From positions 186,001 to 250,000 of IMG/VR virus record IMGVR_UViG_3300027710_000011: a DNA stretch of 64,000 nucleotides. The stretch is one strand, 5' to 3'. The position numbers and the translations under genes are program-made. The first letter of the stretch is position 1, and each line of letters starts with the position of its first letter. The notes under the pieces are model-generated. The model had not been told where the DNA came from and did not search any database. It saw nothing but the letters and a program-made list of their open reading frames with translations. Below, one piece after another: positions 19,507 to 28,422 of this stretch.

Positions 19507-20002
19507 TTGTTTCTTTCTGTGGCACAGCTATCTTTCTAGAACCTTCTTGAATTCTGAAAACCATAGCTCTTGTCTCAATCATCTTGCTTGATGCTTTCAA
19601 GAAACTAGGGATGTCCTTGAACTCTACAAAATCCGTCTTGTAATGACTTCCCAAGCGATAAGCTGCATCGCCCCCGCCGTGCATAAACAAGTGTGCTAAG
19701 CAGTAAAGTTCTTTACCATCTTTGGTAAAATAGAACTCATGCTTCTTGTATACGCATAATTGAAGCTGCGTATGGTAGATATTGTCCGAATAATTGGTGA
19801 TGAAGATTCCAACTAAACGTGCTTCGTCGTAAAACGGATTGATGAATTTCTTGATTCTGAACGCTGCTGGCTTAAATCCGTGGTCACGCATCAGCAAGAA
19901 TAACGGATCACGCTTATCAACCAGCGGGTTAATGAACCATTGGTATTTACTTAGTAGCCGCGCTACGAAACTTCTCCACATGTGATTACTCCAGAGTCTC
20001 AC
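19502..20002 (-). CDS. Hypothetical protein
   Basis: 166-aa ORF, start uncertain. Confidence 0.6.
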   Translation of the reverse strand: MRLWSNHMWRSFVARLLSKYQWFINPLVDKRDPLFLLMRDHGFKPAAFRIKKFINPFYDEARLVGIFITNYSDNIYHTQLQLCVYKKHEFYFTKDGKELYCLAHLFMHGGGDAAYRLGSHYKTDFVEFKDIPSFLKASSKMIETRAMVFRIQEGSRKIAVPQKETT

Positions 20003-20014
20003 ATCAAAATAGGC

Positions 20015-20240
20015 AAAAAAATAAAAGGTGATGAAACCCTCAGACCTTTCGGAGCTTCTCGCAGCACACGCTCGAGGGCTCTTAAGATCTGAGGGGAACC
20101 AATTCCATCAGGTGTTGCAAAATGGAACAACCGTTTTCATTTTGCTTCACCAATCCTGATCGAGAAAAAGGATCGAAAACTCTTTCAGGATTGTGATTCG
20201 AAGATAACCAGTCTTCGCTCAAACTATAGTGTCCTATAGA
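20015..20240 (-). ncRNA. Candidate structured non-coding RNA or leader
   Basis: Five or more hairpins in ~220 nt ending in a U-tract (see findings). Confidence 0.45.
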
Positions 20241-20255
20241 TATTTTTTTACGACC

Positions 20256-20669
20256 TTAAGGAATCGGAATTGGATTCAAGCTCACTGTGACGCTGTTGAA
20301 TCCATTCATCAACAAGCATTGACGAACGCGATCAATGTCTGTAGTCTTAGCGTCTTCAATCAGAACATGGATTCTGGTTGTAGCGCGCGGCGTGATTGTG
20401 GTTTGGTTGATCCACGTGATACCGAGAACGGTTTTGATGCCGTTATTCAATGCCACCTTAACGTAGTAATACGCTGTGGCGTCATCAATTGTTCCGGCCG
20501 GCAGATAAGGATAGACTGCGGCGTGCAGTGCATCAATGTCTGCGATCTGACGAGCAGAGTCGGCATCGAGAATACCGAGGATGGTCACATTCGTGTAGTC
20601 ATTCGGGATGACTGTGGAAGGGTAGACTGAAAAGTCGTACACCTTACCTACTTCAACAGGGTAAGTCAT
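20256..20669 (-). CDS. Conserved jumbo-phage hypothetical protein
   Basis: 137 aa (GKVYDFSVYP...VTILGILD...H..VYPYLP). Confidence 0.75.
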   Translation of the reverse strand: MTYPVEVGKVYDFSVYPSTVIPNDYTNVTILGILDADSARQIADIDALHAAVYPYLPAGTIDDATAYYYVKVALNNGIKTVLGITWINQTTITPRATTRIHVLIEDAKTTDIDRVRQCLLMNGFNSVTVSLNPIPIP

Positions 20670-20727
20670 GTTGGTGCCTTCTGGTAATAGGTTCGTGTAT
20701 TGCGCAACACACGATTAATGACCAAGG

Positions 20728-21219
20728 TCAATTTAGAGCTTCATCAAGCCAGCGATGATACGACACAGGAACGTAGCCGTTATACAGCGGGCGCAGATTT
20801 GGCGTTGGAGGAAGATTGGACTTTACGAATTCCAACAACACAGCTTCTCCAAACACTTCGACCTTACCAAGCCGACGTTTCACTTCTGAAACAGGAACTT
20901 GGTAAGTATCGAAATTAGACAGCATTGCGTCCATGAAAGTCCACAATGCCTGTACTAACGTATCGCGCTCTACACCGTCAAATGCTTCCACCTCATCGAT
21001 GATGGCATCTAACGGCGTGTTCTCCCAATCAGTACGTTCTTCAAGGACGATCCAAATTAGCTGTAATAGCACGGAGTTGAGCCTCGAACGTAGTCGCGTT
21101 GCCATCGAGGTATTTTGCCGTACCTGGTAAAACATTCTGGCTATGATCCCGTCGATTGGAAAAACCACTGACGAAGGTAACTTGTCGTTGAAGGTTGTTG
21201 ACATGACGCTGTCTCGCAC
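20728..21219 (-). CDS. Array member G, hypothetical
   Basis: VVFPI near the N-terminus and GEAVLLEF near the C-terminus; start uncertain. Confidence 0.65.
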   Translation of the reverse strand: MRDSVMSTTFNDKLPSSVVFPIDGIIARMFYQVRQNTSMATRLRSRLNSVLLQLIWIVLEERTDWENTPLDAIIDEVEAFDGVERDTLVQALWTFMDAMLSNFDTYQVPVSEVKRRLGKVEVFGEAVLLEFVKSNLPPTPNLRPLYNGYVPVSYHRWLDEALN

Positions 21220-21703
21220 GATCTTCGGTTAGGAAGGGGACGCCGATCTTTTCTAGCACAAGGGCCGTTCCGATGATCGTACTGATTTGGTAGAACAAAC
21301 GATCGCGATGGTAAAGCTTGTAATCATTGAAGATTTTCAACAAAGCTTTACCCATCTCTTCACGAGCAGAGATGTAATCGACCACGTCTTGATCCATTTG
21401 GGAGATTGGTTCTTGCTCCTCTTCTCTTCCAGCCATGCAGATAGCTGCATCCACAGGCGTCATCTCGTAACTACTGTACGCCAGCTCGTGCTCGGCATCA
21501 GTTTTCTGCGCCAAGCATTCGATCAGATCGGCCACAGCCGCTTTGATTTCGATACCGAGTTCCTCGTACTTGCTGATCGCGGCTTCGAAGCGTTTCAGAG
21601 GTTCTTCAATATCGACTACCAAACGCGTCGGTAGTCCTGGAGCAGAATCAGTTTGTTGCACGTCATCTCCTGGATCGAGTTCTGAGGATGATTGAGTGTT
21701 CAT
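21041..21703 (-). CDS. Array member F, hypothetical
   Basis: Clear similarity to member E; C-terminus overlaps member G. Confidence 0.7.
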   Translation of the reverse strand: MNTQSSSELDPGDDVQQTDSAPGLPTRLVVDIEEPLKRFEAAISKYEELGIEIKAAVADLIECLAQKTDAEHELAYSSYEMTPVDAAICMAGREEEQEPISQMDQDVVDYISAREEMGKALLKIFNDYKLYHRDRLFYQISTIIGTALVLEKIGVPFLTEDRARQRHVNNLQRQVTFVSGFSNRRDHSQNVLPGTAKYLDGNATTFEAQLRAITANLDRP

Positions 21704-22097
21704 CGATTATTCCGTGATAGCTGTATCGAAGCTCGCCGTCAGTATAGAGGCGATAACCTTCGAATTCTTGTTTTAATTGCTGGCCAAGTTTCTTAGCCAG
21801 AGCCACGATGTGTTCAAGGCCGAGTATGTTTTCTTCAGGAGACTCGTAGAAGCTGACCTCATCACTAGGATATAGCATCGGTCCACTACGACTACCTAAA
21901 AATTCATCTCGCAGCATGGTTCTTCCGAGATGAAATAACTCAGCCTCAGCCTCCCTGACAGAAGACACCGAATCAATCACGAGATCAATCACTGCTTCGA
22001 AATCGATGCAGGGAAGCTCTGGTTGATCAAGCGCTCGTTTAAACGCTATTAAGCTATTCTGCACAGGTACGATAAGCAGTGGTGATTTGTTCATCAA
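21663..22097 (-). CDS. Array member E, hypothetical
   Basis: LGQQLKQEFEGYRLYTDGELRY resembles MGKALLKIFNDYKLYHRDRLFY of member F. Confidence 0.7.
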   Translation of the reverse strand: MMNKSPLLIVPVQNSLIAFKRALDQPELPCIDFEAVIDLVIDSVSSVREAEAELFHLGRTMLRDEFLGSRSGPMLYPSDEVSFYESPEENILGLEHIVALAKKLGQQLKQEFEGYRLYTDGELRYSYHGIIDEHSIILRTRSRR

Positions 22098-22115
22098 TAA
22101 ACACAGGGGTTGGGA

Positions 22116-22574
22116 TTAAAAATCTACCGTCACGATGTAATGCATATTCGTTCCCACCATGGGTTCAACAGCATGTACATGCAAGTCGCTAGAGCCAAAC
22201 AACTGCCGCATCTGCCTCAGGACGTATTCTTCCAAAAGCTCTGTAGCAATCTTCACGTTGGTAAATAGACCGAGTAAATCAATCGGTCCGGTGTTCACCT
22301 GACACTCACCTTCTATCCATCTTTCCAGATCACAGATGATGTGATTTGGGCTGACGAAATAGTGGTCGTCCGGAATGCACGTAGTTGCCAATGTGATTTC
22401 GATAGCGTCCTTCAAACCTCGTGGGTAGAAAAAGAACGCTCTAGACATATCTCCTAGTTCGAGATACGCCTCATCGAATGGCACTACGTATCGCCTCTTC
22501 CGGGATGGCCTTTGATGAAATCTCTGGCGGTAAGTCCTCTGTAACGGGTACATAGACGACAAGATCCGTTTCAC
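22116..22574 (-). CDS. Array member D, hypothetical
   Basis: YVVPF...GTNMHYIVTV; overlaps member C. Confidence 0.65.
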   Translation of the reverse strand: MKRILSSMYPLQRTYRQRFHQRPSRKRRYVVPFDEAYLELGDMSRAFFFYPRGLKDAIEITLATTCIPDDHYFVSPNHIICDLERWIEGECQVNTGPIDLLGLFTNVKIATELLEEYVLRQMRQLFGSSDLHVHAVEPMVGTNMHYIVTVDF

Positions 22575-22935
22575 CTGGTGGATAGAAGAAGTAATGGTTG
22601 GTTGGACGCATCACCATGGAGGGGAAAGTGCTTGACAAGACATCAGCAAGTAGACCCATGTAATCATGCATCTGGATATCTACTTGCAACGCTTGTTCTT
22701 CAGTGATCACTTGAGGTATGAGTTGGCGATAAATGCCGACAACGCCCGAGTACTTTCCGTAACGACCGACTCGATCAAAGAAGACGTTGTTCAGCATCTC
22801 CATCATGATACACGATAAATCGATATCACGACCATACGCGAGTTCATCACGCATTACAACGAGAATGTCGGCAATGGAGATTTTGTACTGAATGTACAGT
22901 TGGGATGCTCCCATGGACGGACGTGTTTGGTTCAT
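22471..22935 (-). CDS. Array member C, hypothetical
   Basis: YKISI...ETDLVVYV; probable start MNQTRP. Confidence 0.65.
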   Translation of the reverse strand: MNQTRPSMGASQLYIQYKISIADILVVMRDELAYGRDIDLSCIMMEMLNNVFFDRVGRYGKYSGVVGIYRQLIPQVITEEQALQVDIQMHDYMGLLADVLSSTFPSMVMRPTNHYFFYPPGETDLVVYVPVTEDLPPEISSKAIPEEAIRSAIR

Positions 22936-22942
22936 CGTTCGT

Positions 22943-23710
22943 TCACAGTCCTGTTTTCTTGAGATGCTGAGCTTCCCAAGAGTTGATACGGAAATCACCT
23001 TTCTCGATCAGCAGGAAGTCATTGCCGCGCATACGCTGCAATTCGAATTCCATCCACGGATGCGAGATCAAGTGATCAGCGATTGGCTGAATGATCGAAT
23101 AGCAGAGCTGAATAATTCGGCTCAGGAACACGCCGAAGACGTGGTCTTGTCCAGGCACAGGCATGATGCCGCGCATGTATTCGATTGTGACTTCGTTCAA
23201 ATGCTCGTGAACTTCAGCCATTTTGGTTCGATCGTACGTTTCCATGATTTCATACTTGATGAACTTGTGGAAACGATGATACAGGTTACCTGTACCCAAC
23301 ATCTTGTCTTCTGTGTGCGGATACCAGCAACGCGACATCTCGATGAACGTTTGCAGATATTCCATAACGATGCGATGACCGATGACTGGGATTTGCGGGG
23401 TCAGTTGCAGATCACCAACTCGGTAGACGCGCATTACGCGTGTTCCTTCATCGCTATAGACCATACCTTTCACAACCGCGAGGTTAGTTACCTCACGCTT
23501 GTTAAGCGTATTTGGCTCTTGCAACCAGTAGATTGCAGGCATGCCGGAACGACTGCGGTAAGGCAGGCAAGGTTCCAGATCGGTACTGCGATAGTACCCT
23601 TCTTCAGGTTCGATCAAGATCTCACCGAAATCTTGCTCAATCAGAGTTGGTATTTCTGCAACTCCTAAGACAAACACCTTTTGTGATTCATTCATTTTTG
23701 CTATTTCCAT
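22943..23710 (-). CDS. Array member B, conserved hypothetical
   Basis: 255 aa ending GNDFLLIEKGDFRINSWE. Confidence 0.7.
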   Translation of the reverse strand: MEIAKMNESQKVFVLGVAEIPTLIEQDFGEILIEPEEGYYRSTDLEPCLPYRSRSGMPAIYWLQEPNTLNKREVTNLAVVKGMVYSDEGTRVMRVYRVGDLQLTPQIPVIGHRIVMEYLQTFIEMSRCWYPHTEDKMLGTGNLYHRFHKFIKYEIMETYDRTKMAEVHEHLNEVTIEYMRGIMPVPGQDHVFGVFLSRIIQLCYSIIQPIADHLISHPWMEFELQRMRGNDFLLIEKGDFRINSWEAQHLKKTGL

Positions 23711-24123
23711 GTAACGATTACGGCATCGCCTAGCTTGTCTAAATACACGACCTCAGGGAAGTCGTGCGTTCGAATCACTGAGTCAAGGCATGTTGAAAAG
23801 AACAGTTCGTAATCAGAGATCGCTGTGGTTACCATGATATCTAATACACGAACTATGTCAAATCTGTACTCGCTTTCAGTCAGGTGTGGTGAATGAATTC
23901 CAGCCACTACTTGAACTAGGAAGCGGTTCTCTATTAGTCTTTTTGTTAGTTGGTACAAGTATTGTTCCAGCAAGAACTTATGTTCTAGCGAGTTAACAAT
24001 GCTCGCATCTACGACTCGTAGAGATCTGAGATGTGCTTCTTTTCTTACCTTGACCGCGAATGGCTCGAGAGGCAACACAACGCCTTTAATGGGATGTCCC
24101 ATCTGAGCTCCTATCAGGATCAT
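23701..24123 (-). CDS. Array member A, hypothetical
   Basis: VVLPL...GDAVIVTW. Confidence 0.65.
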   Translation of the reverse strand: MILIGAQMGHPIKGVVLPLEPFAVKVRKEAHLRSLRVVDASIVNSLEHKFLLEQYLYQLTKRLIENRFLVQVVAGIHSPHLTESEYRFDIVRVLDIMVTTAISDYELFFSTCLDSVIRTHDFPEVVYLDKLGDAVIVTWK

Positions 24124-24240
24124 TCAAAAAATTGGTGGAGTGAATAAAAATCCACTAGAAGCAGTCAGGGTATTGGTCACTTATTTTAAACCTCTCCTGG
24201 GTGATTCTGGTGGATTCTAGAGGTAAAATAAAAAGAGGGA

Positions 24241-24283
24241 ATAAAACCAGTGTTGCGGGTTAAGCAACACTGGTTTCTTTATG
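24241..24283 (-). terminator. Terminator of phuZ
   Basis: AAACCAGTGTTGC-gggttaa-GCAACACTGGTTT. Confidence 0.85.
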
Positions 24284-24289
24284 CTGTGT

Positions 24290-25291
24290 TTACAGCACGA
24301 TGCCGGAATCAGTCGGCTTGTCGGAGTTGCTCAGGATCGGGCCGTTATCGACGCGGGCTTTGACAGCCTTCTCGATTGCGACCAGACGAGCGCTCATGTC
24401 CTTGGCAACAACGGCCGGCGTGTTTGCCAGCGTGACCAGTGACAGCGGAGCAATGTCCAGGACTTGACGGTTGACCTTTTCGTTCAGGTAACCGATCGAG
24501 CCGTATTCGGGAGTGAAGTTCAGGTCCAGCGTAGCGCCGGGCTTGAGCACCGAGACCACGGTGATGACGTTGCCGGTGGTGATGTCGTCCAAGTTCTCAG
24601 TTTGGTCGGACAGGTAGCGGACCAGGCCGACGACGCGAGGCTTGTAGCTGGTGACCTTGTCGAAGCGCAAGAAGTTGGCCAAGTCCATGCTGTCGAGTTC
24701 CGTATTCTCGCGAGAGAAAACAGTCATCAACGTGGAGACCAGTTCCACAGCGGCACGGTCCACAACAGCACGAGGAGTTTCCTTGCTGTTCTGGAAGTAG
24801 GCCATGACCACAGGCGTTTCGCGCTTCTGAGCAACACCTTCGTACGACTTGAGGGTGTTCAGCGTGTTCTTGATTTCCAGAGCACTGTCGGTGCCGCCGA
24901 TGGTGATGACCACGGTGGGAATGCCGTCGCTCAGCAGTTCGGAAACCAGGGAAGGAGCAATCACACTGCCGGAGCCGCCGTGGGCCGAAGACAGAACGAT
25001 GGCCAAGTCGCCGGGTGGGAACTTCTGGAGGATGGAGCGAACATGACGACTGATCTCTTGGTAGTTTTCGGCACGAACCTTGCCGGAACCATCCATGCCT
25101 TCGAAAACCCAGGTGAACTCGGGCGGGAGGCCTTTGCTGTTGGACAGCGAGGTATCGATGTAGACCGGAGAGATGGTTGCCATCCCCAGTTCTTGTGCGT
25201 TGCGGAAGGGCTCAATCAACTTGGCAACGTTGATCCCCGCACCCCCTGCTGCGTACAGAGTGATGTTGCCTTTGCGTGTTTCAATTGTCAT
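24290..25291 (-). CDS. phuZ: Phage tubulin PhuZ
   Basis: AAGGAGINVA, DTS, GMDGSGK and GGSGS tubulin motifs; short C-tail DSGIVL. Confidence 0.95.
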   Translation of the reverse strand: MTIETRKGNITLYAAGGAGINVAKLIEPFRNAQELGMATISPVYIDTSLSNSKGLPPEFTWVFEGMDGSGKVRAENYQEISRHVRSILQKFPPGDLAIVLSSAHGGSGSVIAPSLVSELLSDGIPTVVITIGGTDSALEIKNTLNTLKSYEGVAQKRETPVVMAYFQNSKETPRAVVDRAAVELVSTLMTVFSRENTELDSMDLANFLRFDKVTSYKPRVVGLVRYLSDQTENLDDITTGNVITVVSVLKPGATLDLNFTPEYGSIGYLNEKVNRQVLDIAPLSLVTLANTPAVVAKDMSARLVAIEKAVKARVDNGPILSNSDKPTDSGIVL

Positions 25292-25401
25292 ATCTTCCTC
25301 AGATGGTTCAAGGGTTGCAAATCAGACGAGCTTTTTAACAGCCCTCTAATATGAAGGGTGCATCCTGTTCTTTTTTAGATTTAGGCCACACCTCCAAGTC
25401 A

Positions 25402-25418
25402 GTGATATGTGACTGAAA
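25402..25418 (-). promoter_or_regulatory. Putative early promoter TTTCAGTCACATATCAC
   Basis: Identical 17-mer to 459-475, upstream of phuZ. Confidence 0.7.
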
Positions 25419-25459
25419 GTAAGTTGATTGTTTTCAGCACTCGAATAGAGGTTACACAC

Positions 25460-26263
25460 ATGAATCCAATTTCCAGAGCGATCAGTGAAGCGCGTTATCA
25501 GATCCCTGATGAAATCCTTCAAGCTCTTTTCTACGACCGAACCAAAAGCATTCGGTCTACACCCGACACAATCACGGAGAACTTAAAAGCCGTGGTGATT
25601 CGTCCACGCGTTCTCATTGATTGCGACATTGTGGGCGGCACAGAAATCCTTGTTCGTCTTGAAGGCTTGATGACTTCCAGACCCGATGACTTCACGTCGA
25701 TCTATCGCATCCCAAAATCCATGACGCAAAATCGCTCTATCTTGAGCGTTCTAAACGTCACGTTCAACGATCCGACAGGCATCGCCTATTACGGTATGGC
25801 GACAGGTTGTCAGAGCACGCAGATGATGGCAACGGCGCAAGGGTTGCTTGATTCCGCAGGCACCATCCCTGTTACGTCGACATCACAAGTGCAGTTGATT
25901 GGTGAAAATGTGGTGTCTGTTCGTGACACAACAATTCTGCCAGCAAATGCTTTCTTGCGCTGCATGTTGGCCAGTGACGAGAACATGAGTCACTTGCAAT
26001 TGCGTGTGTTCCGTCAATTCAGCCAGTTGTGCGTGCTGGCTATCAAGTCCTACATCTACAACAAGCTTGTCGTCCGTGTGGATGTCGGCGAACTTATGGG
26101 TGGTTTCCAATTGGGACGTTTCCGTGAGATTGTCGACAGTTACTCGGACAGCGAAGAGTTGTACCAGACATACCTCAGGGAAGTGTGGCAGAAGGTCAGC
26201 CTCATGAACGATGCGCAGAAGTGGACTCGCACGCTTCGCATGGTCATTGGCGGTCACCGCTAA
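25460..26263 (+). CDS. Conserved virion structural protein (gp35-like)
   Basis: Start MNPISRAISEARYQIP with GAGG SD. Confidence 0.7.
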   Translation: MNPISRAISEARYQIPDEILQALFYDRTKSIRSTPDTITENLKAVVIRPRVLIDCDIVGGTEILVRLEGLMTSRPDDFTSIYRIPKSMTQNRSILSVLNVTFNDPTGIAYYGMATGCQSTQMMATAQGLLDSAGTIPVTSTSQVQLIGENVVSVRDTTILPANAFLRCMLASDENMSHLQLRVFRQFSQLCVLAIKSYIYNKLVVRVDVGELMGGFQLGRFREIVDSYSDSEELYQTYLREVWQKVSLMNDAQKWTRTLRMVIGGHR

Positions 26264-26269
26264 ACGAAG

Positions 26270-26339
26270 CATAAACGGGGGAGGTAACTCTCCTGTTTAT
26301 GACGTGACAACATAAACCCGGAGACCGAAGTCTCCGGGA
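26270..26339. terminator. Tandem terminators between convergent genes
   Basis: CATAAACGGGGGAG...CTCTCCTGTTTATG and CCCGGAGAC-cgaa-GTCTCCGGG. Confidence 0.8.
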
Positions 26340-26491
26340 GTACGCTAGCTTCGATGCAACAAAGTCTACAAGTCGCTTTCACGCGACGGAATCAGCAGGT
26401 TGGCCGTGAACGCACAAAGGCAATAAGCTCGTTAGCTGACAATTTGTTCTTTGGAACTTCTCTACACAACATGACGTCCAGGTGTAATTTT

Positions 26492-27151
26492 TTACACTAC
26501 TTCGTCACAAGCCCTTGAAGACTTAGTAACTTTGCAACTGGATCGTTCGTCCGTGGCAGACTCCCTACGAAACACTGGGTTGTTTGTTTTTGACACGCAA
26601 TACTCAGTCATGGTTTGGCATTGATGACAGTTACCAGACCCTGGGTCGTGAGCACGCATTACTAAAGCTTTTGAATTCTCGTAAAACGATACATCCAAAC
26701 CTTGCTGTTGTGTGACAGCTGCAAAAACCCGAGTGATCTCCTCATCCTTCAAATCGAAGAGATTGAGTTGGACTTTCTTATAGCCTACCTTTGAACCGTA
26801 CCATTGGTCTTTGCCTAACCCGAAAGCAAGAACTCTAAGGCCGCGTGTATGCTCCTCGTTAGTAAGGATGCGCACAGCGACCAAAGTTCTCGTCTCTAGT
26901 GTGGAAGACAAATCAAGCTTCGAGAAAGCTTCAAAGACTGAAAGTTTTGATTCATTCGGACTGACGATGTCCTGTAGTGCTTTCGAGTATTGTTGGAAAG
27001 CACTGTCGGCCGCTAGATTTGCTTTGGTGTTTGTTACCTTGGTGTTCAACGAGTAAACATCATTTTTGATAACTTTAAACTCCTCAACTTCATTGCGACC
27101 GTGGCTGTAGGCTACTCCGGGGTATTGCTTGTCCCGTTTTGCTGCAACCAT
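26492..27151 (-). CDS. Hypothetical protein, Cys-rich C-terminus
   Basis: 219 aa, AGGAGG SD. Confidence 0.65.
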   Translation of the reverse strand: MVAAKRDKQYPGVAYSHGRNEVEEFKVIKNDVYSLNTKVTNTKANLAADSAFQQYSKALQDIVSPNESKLSVFEAFSKLDLSSTLETRTLVAVRILTNEEHTRGLRVLAFGLGKDQWYGSKVGYKKVQLNLFDLKDEEITRVFAAVTQQQGLDVSFYENSKALVMRAHDPGSGNCHQCQTMTEYCVSKTNNPVFRRESATDERSSCKVTKSSRACDEVV

Positions 27152-27169
27152 TTTCCTCCTTACTTCTCC

Positions 27170-27607
27170 CTACGGATTTGGATACGAAATTACCTTGATG
27201 TACAAACTGCGCGACAACTTGCGACTGATAAGCTCAATCAACGTATAAGGAGTGCCGTCCTTAAAAGCTTTGTACGTTGAAATCTCAACGTCATACAAGT
27301 TTTCAAGATGCGGGAAGTTTGCAGCGAGGCCGGTAATCAGCTGTTGCTCTTTGAAGCTGAACGGCATCGATAAGCTCGAAAGTATCGATGCCTTATTCAA
27401 ATGCATCAATTCTTCCAAATCGTTCGACGGCGAAAAATCTTCTGGCGTTTGTTCAGGAATGTAGTTGTGAAGTTCAAACACAACGCTGCAATTGCCTTCG
27501 TCGAGTTTGTCTTCTTCAACAACCTTGACGATTGATTGAAGCACCACTTTGTCAGCAATGCGGTTTTCAACCGGTGTATCCGGATTTTGATTAAAGAACT
27601 GATTCAC
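27170..27607 (-). CDS. Hypothetical protein
   Basis: 145 aa, GTG start with AAGGA SD. Confidence 0.6.
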   Translation of the reverse strand: MNQFFNQNPDTPVENRIADKVVLQSIVKVVEEDKLDEGNCSVVFELHNYIPEQTPEDFSPSNDLEELMHLNKASILSSLSMPFSFKEQQLITGLAANFPHLENLYDVEISTYKAFKDGTPYTLIELISRKLSRSLYIKVISYPNP

Positions 27608-27621
27608 TGCGATGTCCTTCC

Positions 27622-28410
27622 TTACTGCTCAGCAACTTCACTGATTTTTTCTTCAGCTTGTACTGGAGCAGTTTGTTCAAAAAAGTCGAAGCGCATTTTG
27701 ATGTGGTGGCTTCGTCCGTGTTTGTGCCGCAAGTCCAAGAAAAGGTGAGGTTCTTGGTCAAGCTGGGTAACAAAAGAATATTCATGAACAATTATTTCTT
27801 GCTTGATGCTTTCCAGATACTCGAGCAGTTGCTGGAGAACAAAGCGATAGTTGATCACGCCGCACGTCAAAAGACGCGCATCTTTTGGGAAGGCTGTCGT
27901 ATCGGACAGTTCAGTGAAAACGCGCCGCAGTGTCTTTGCGGCGATTTTCAAATCCTTGACTTCATTGGTCCTATCAGCAATAGGTTCGATGCTGATCATT
28001 GCACGGTTACCTGCCTCATTGATGTCATAAAGCATCTCTGTGACAACATAACGGTCGGTGTTTTCAGGATGTGCCCGCTCGGCGGAATACATCAGTTTCG
28101 AATTGGGTTTTGCTGTGGACTGAATGGCTCTCATCAACAAACGAGTTTGGTCGATCATTCGACTCATGGCGCTTGGATACTTGCAGTGCAGGTACTTGCG
28201 AATGAAAGTCAACTCGGTGTTGTTGAAAGCAATATCGCTGGTCCTTAGCACTATTAAAGTTCTCTTATCCATAGCGATTTTTCCCTTGCCTTTTGTGTTT
28301 GCAGCGTGGCGCTTGCTCATATCAAGGCTTGTCACAATTAGGTGTTGTAGTAAAAATACGCTTTCATCGTATGTGATGACGATATTTACTCGTACTGCAT
28401 TCAAGCCCAC
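27622..28410 (-). CDS. Hypothetical protein (start probably 28272 or 28320)
   Basis: Long ORF co-oriented with its neighbours. Confidence 0.6.
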   Translation of the reverse strand: MGLNAVRVNIVITYDESVFLLQHLIVTSLDMSKRHAANTKGKGKIAMDKRTLIVLRTSDIAFNNTELTFIRKYLHCKYPSAMSRMIDQTRLLMRAIQSTAKPNSKLMYSAERAHPENTDRYVVTEMLYDINEAGNRAMISIEPIADRTNEVKDLKIAAKTLRRVFTELSDTTAFPKDARLLTCGVINYRFVLQQLLEYLESIKQEIIVHEYSFVTQLDQEPHLFLDLRHKHGRSHHIKMRFDFFEQTAPVQAEEKISEVAEQ

Positions 28411-28422
28411 TGGAGCCTATTC

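Noticed and set aside
24464-25354. 296-aa plus-strand ORF
   Set aside because: Antisense shadow of phuZ.
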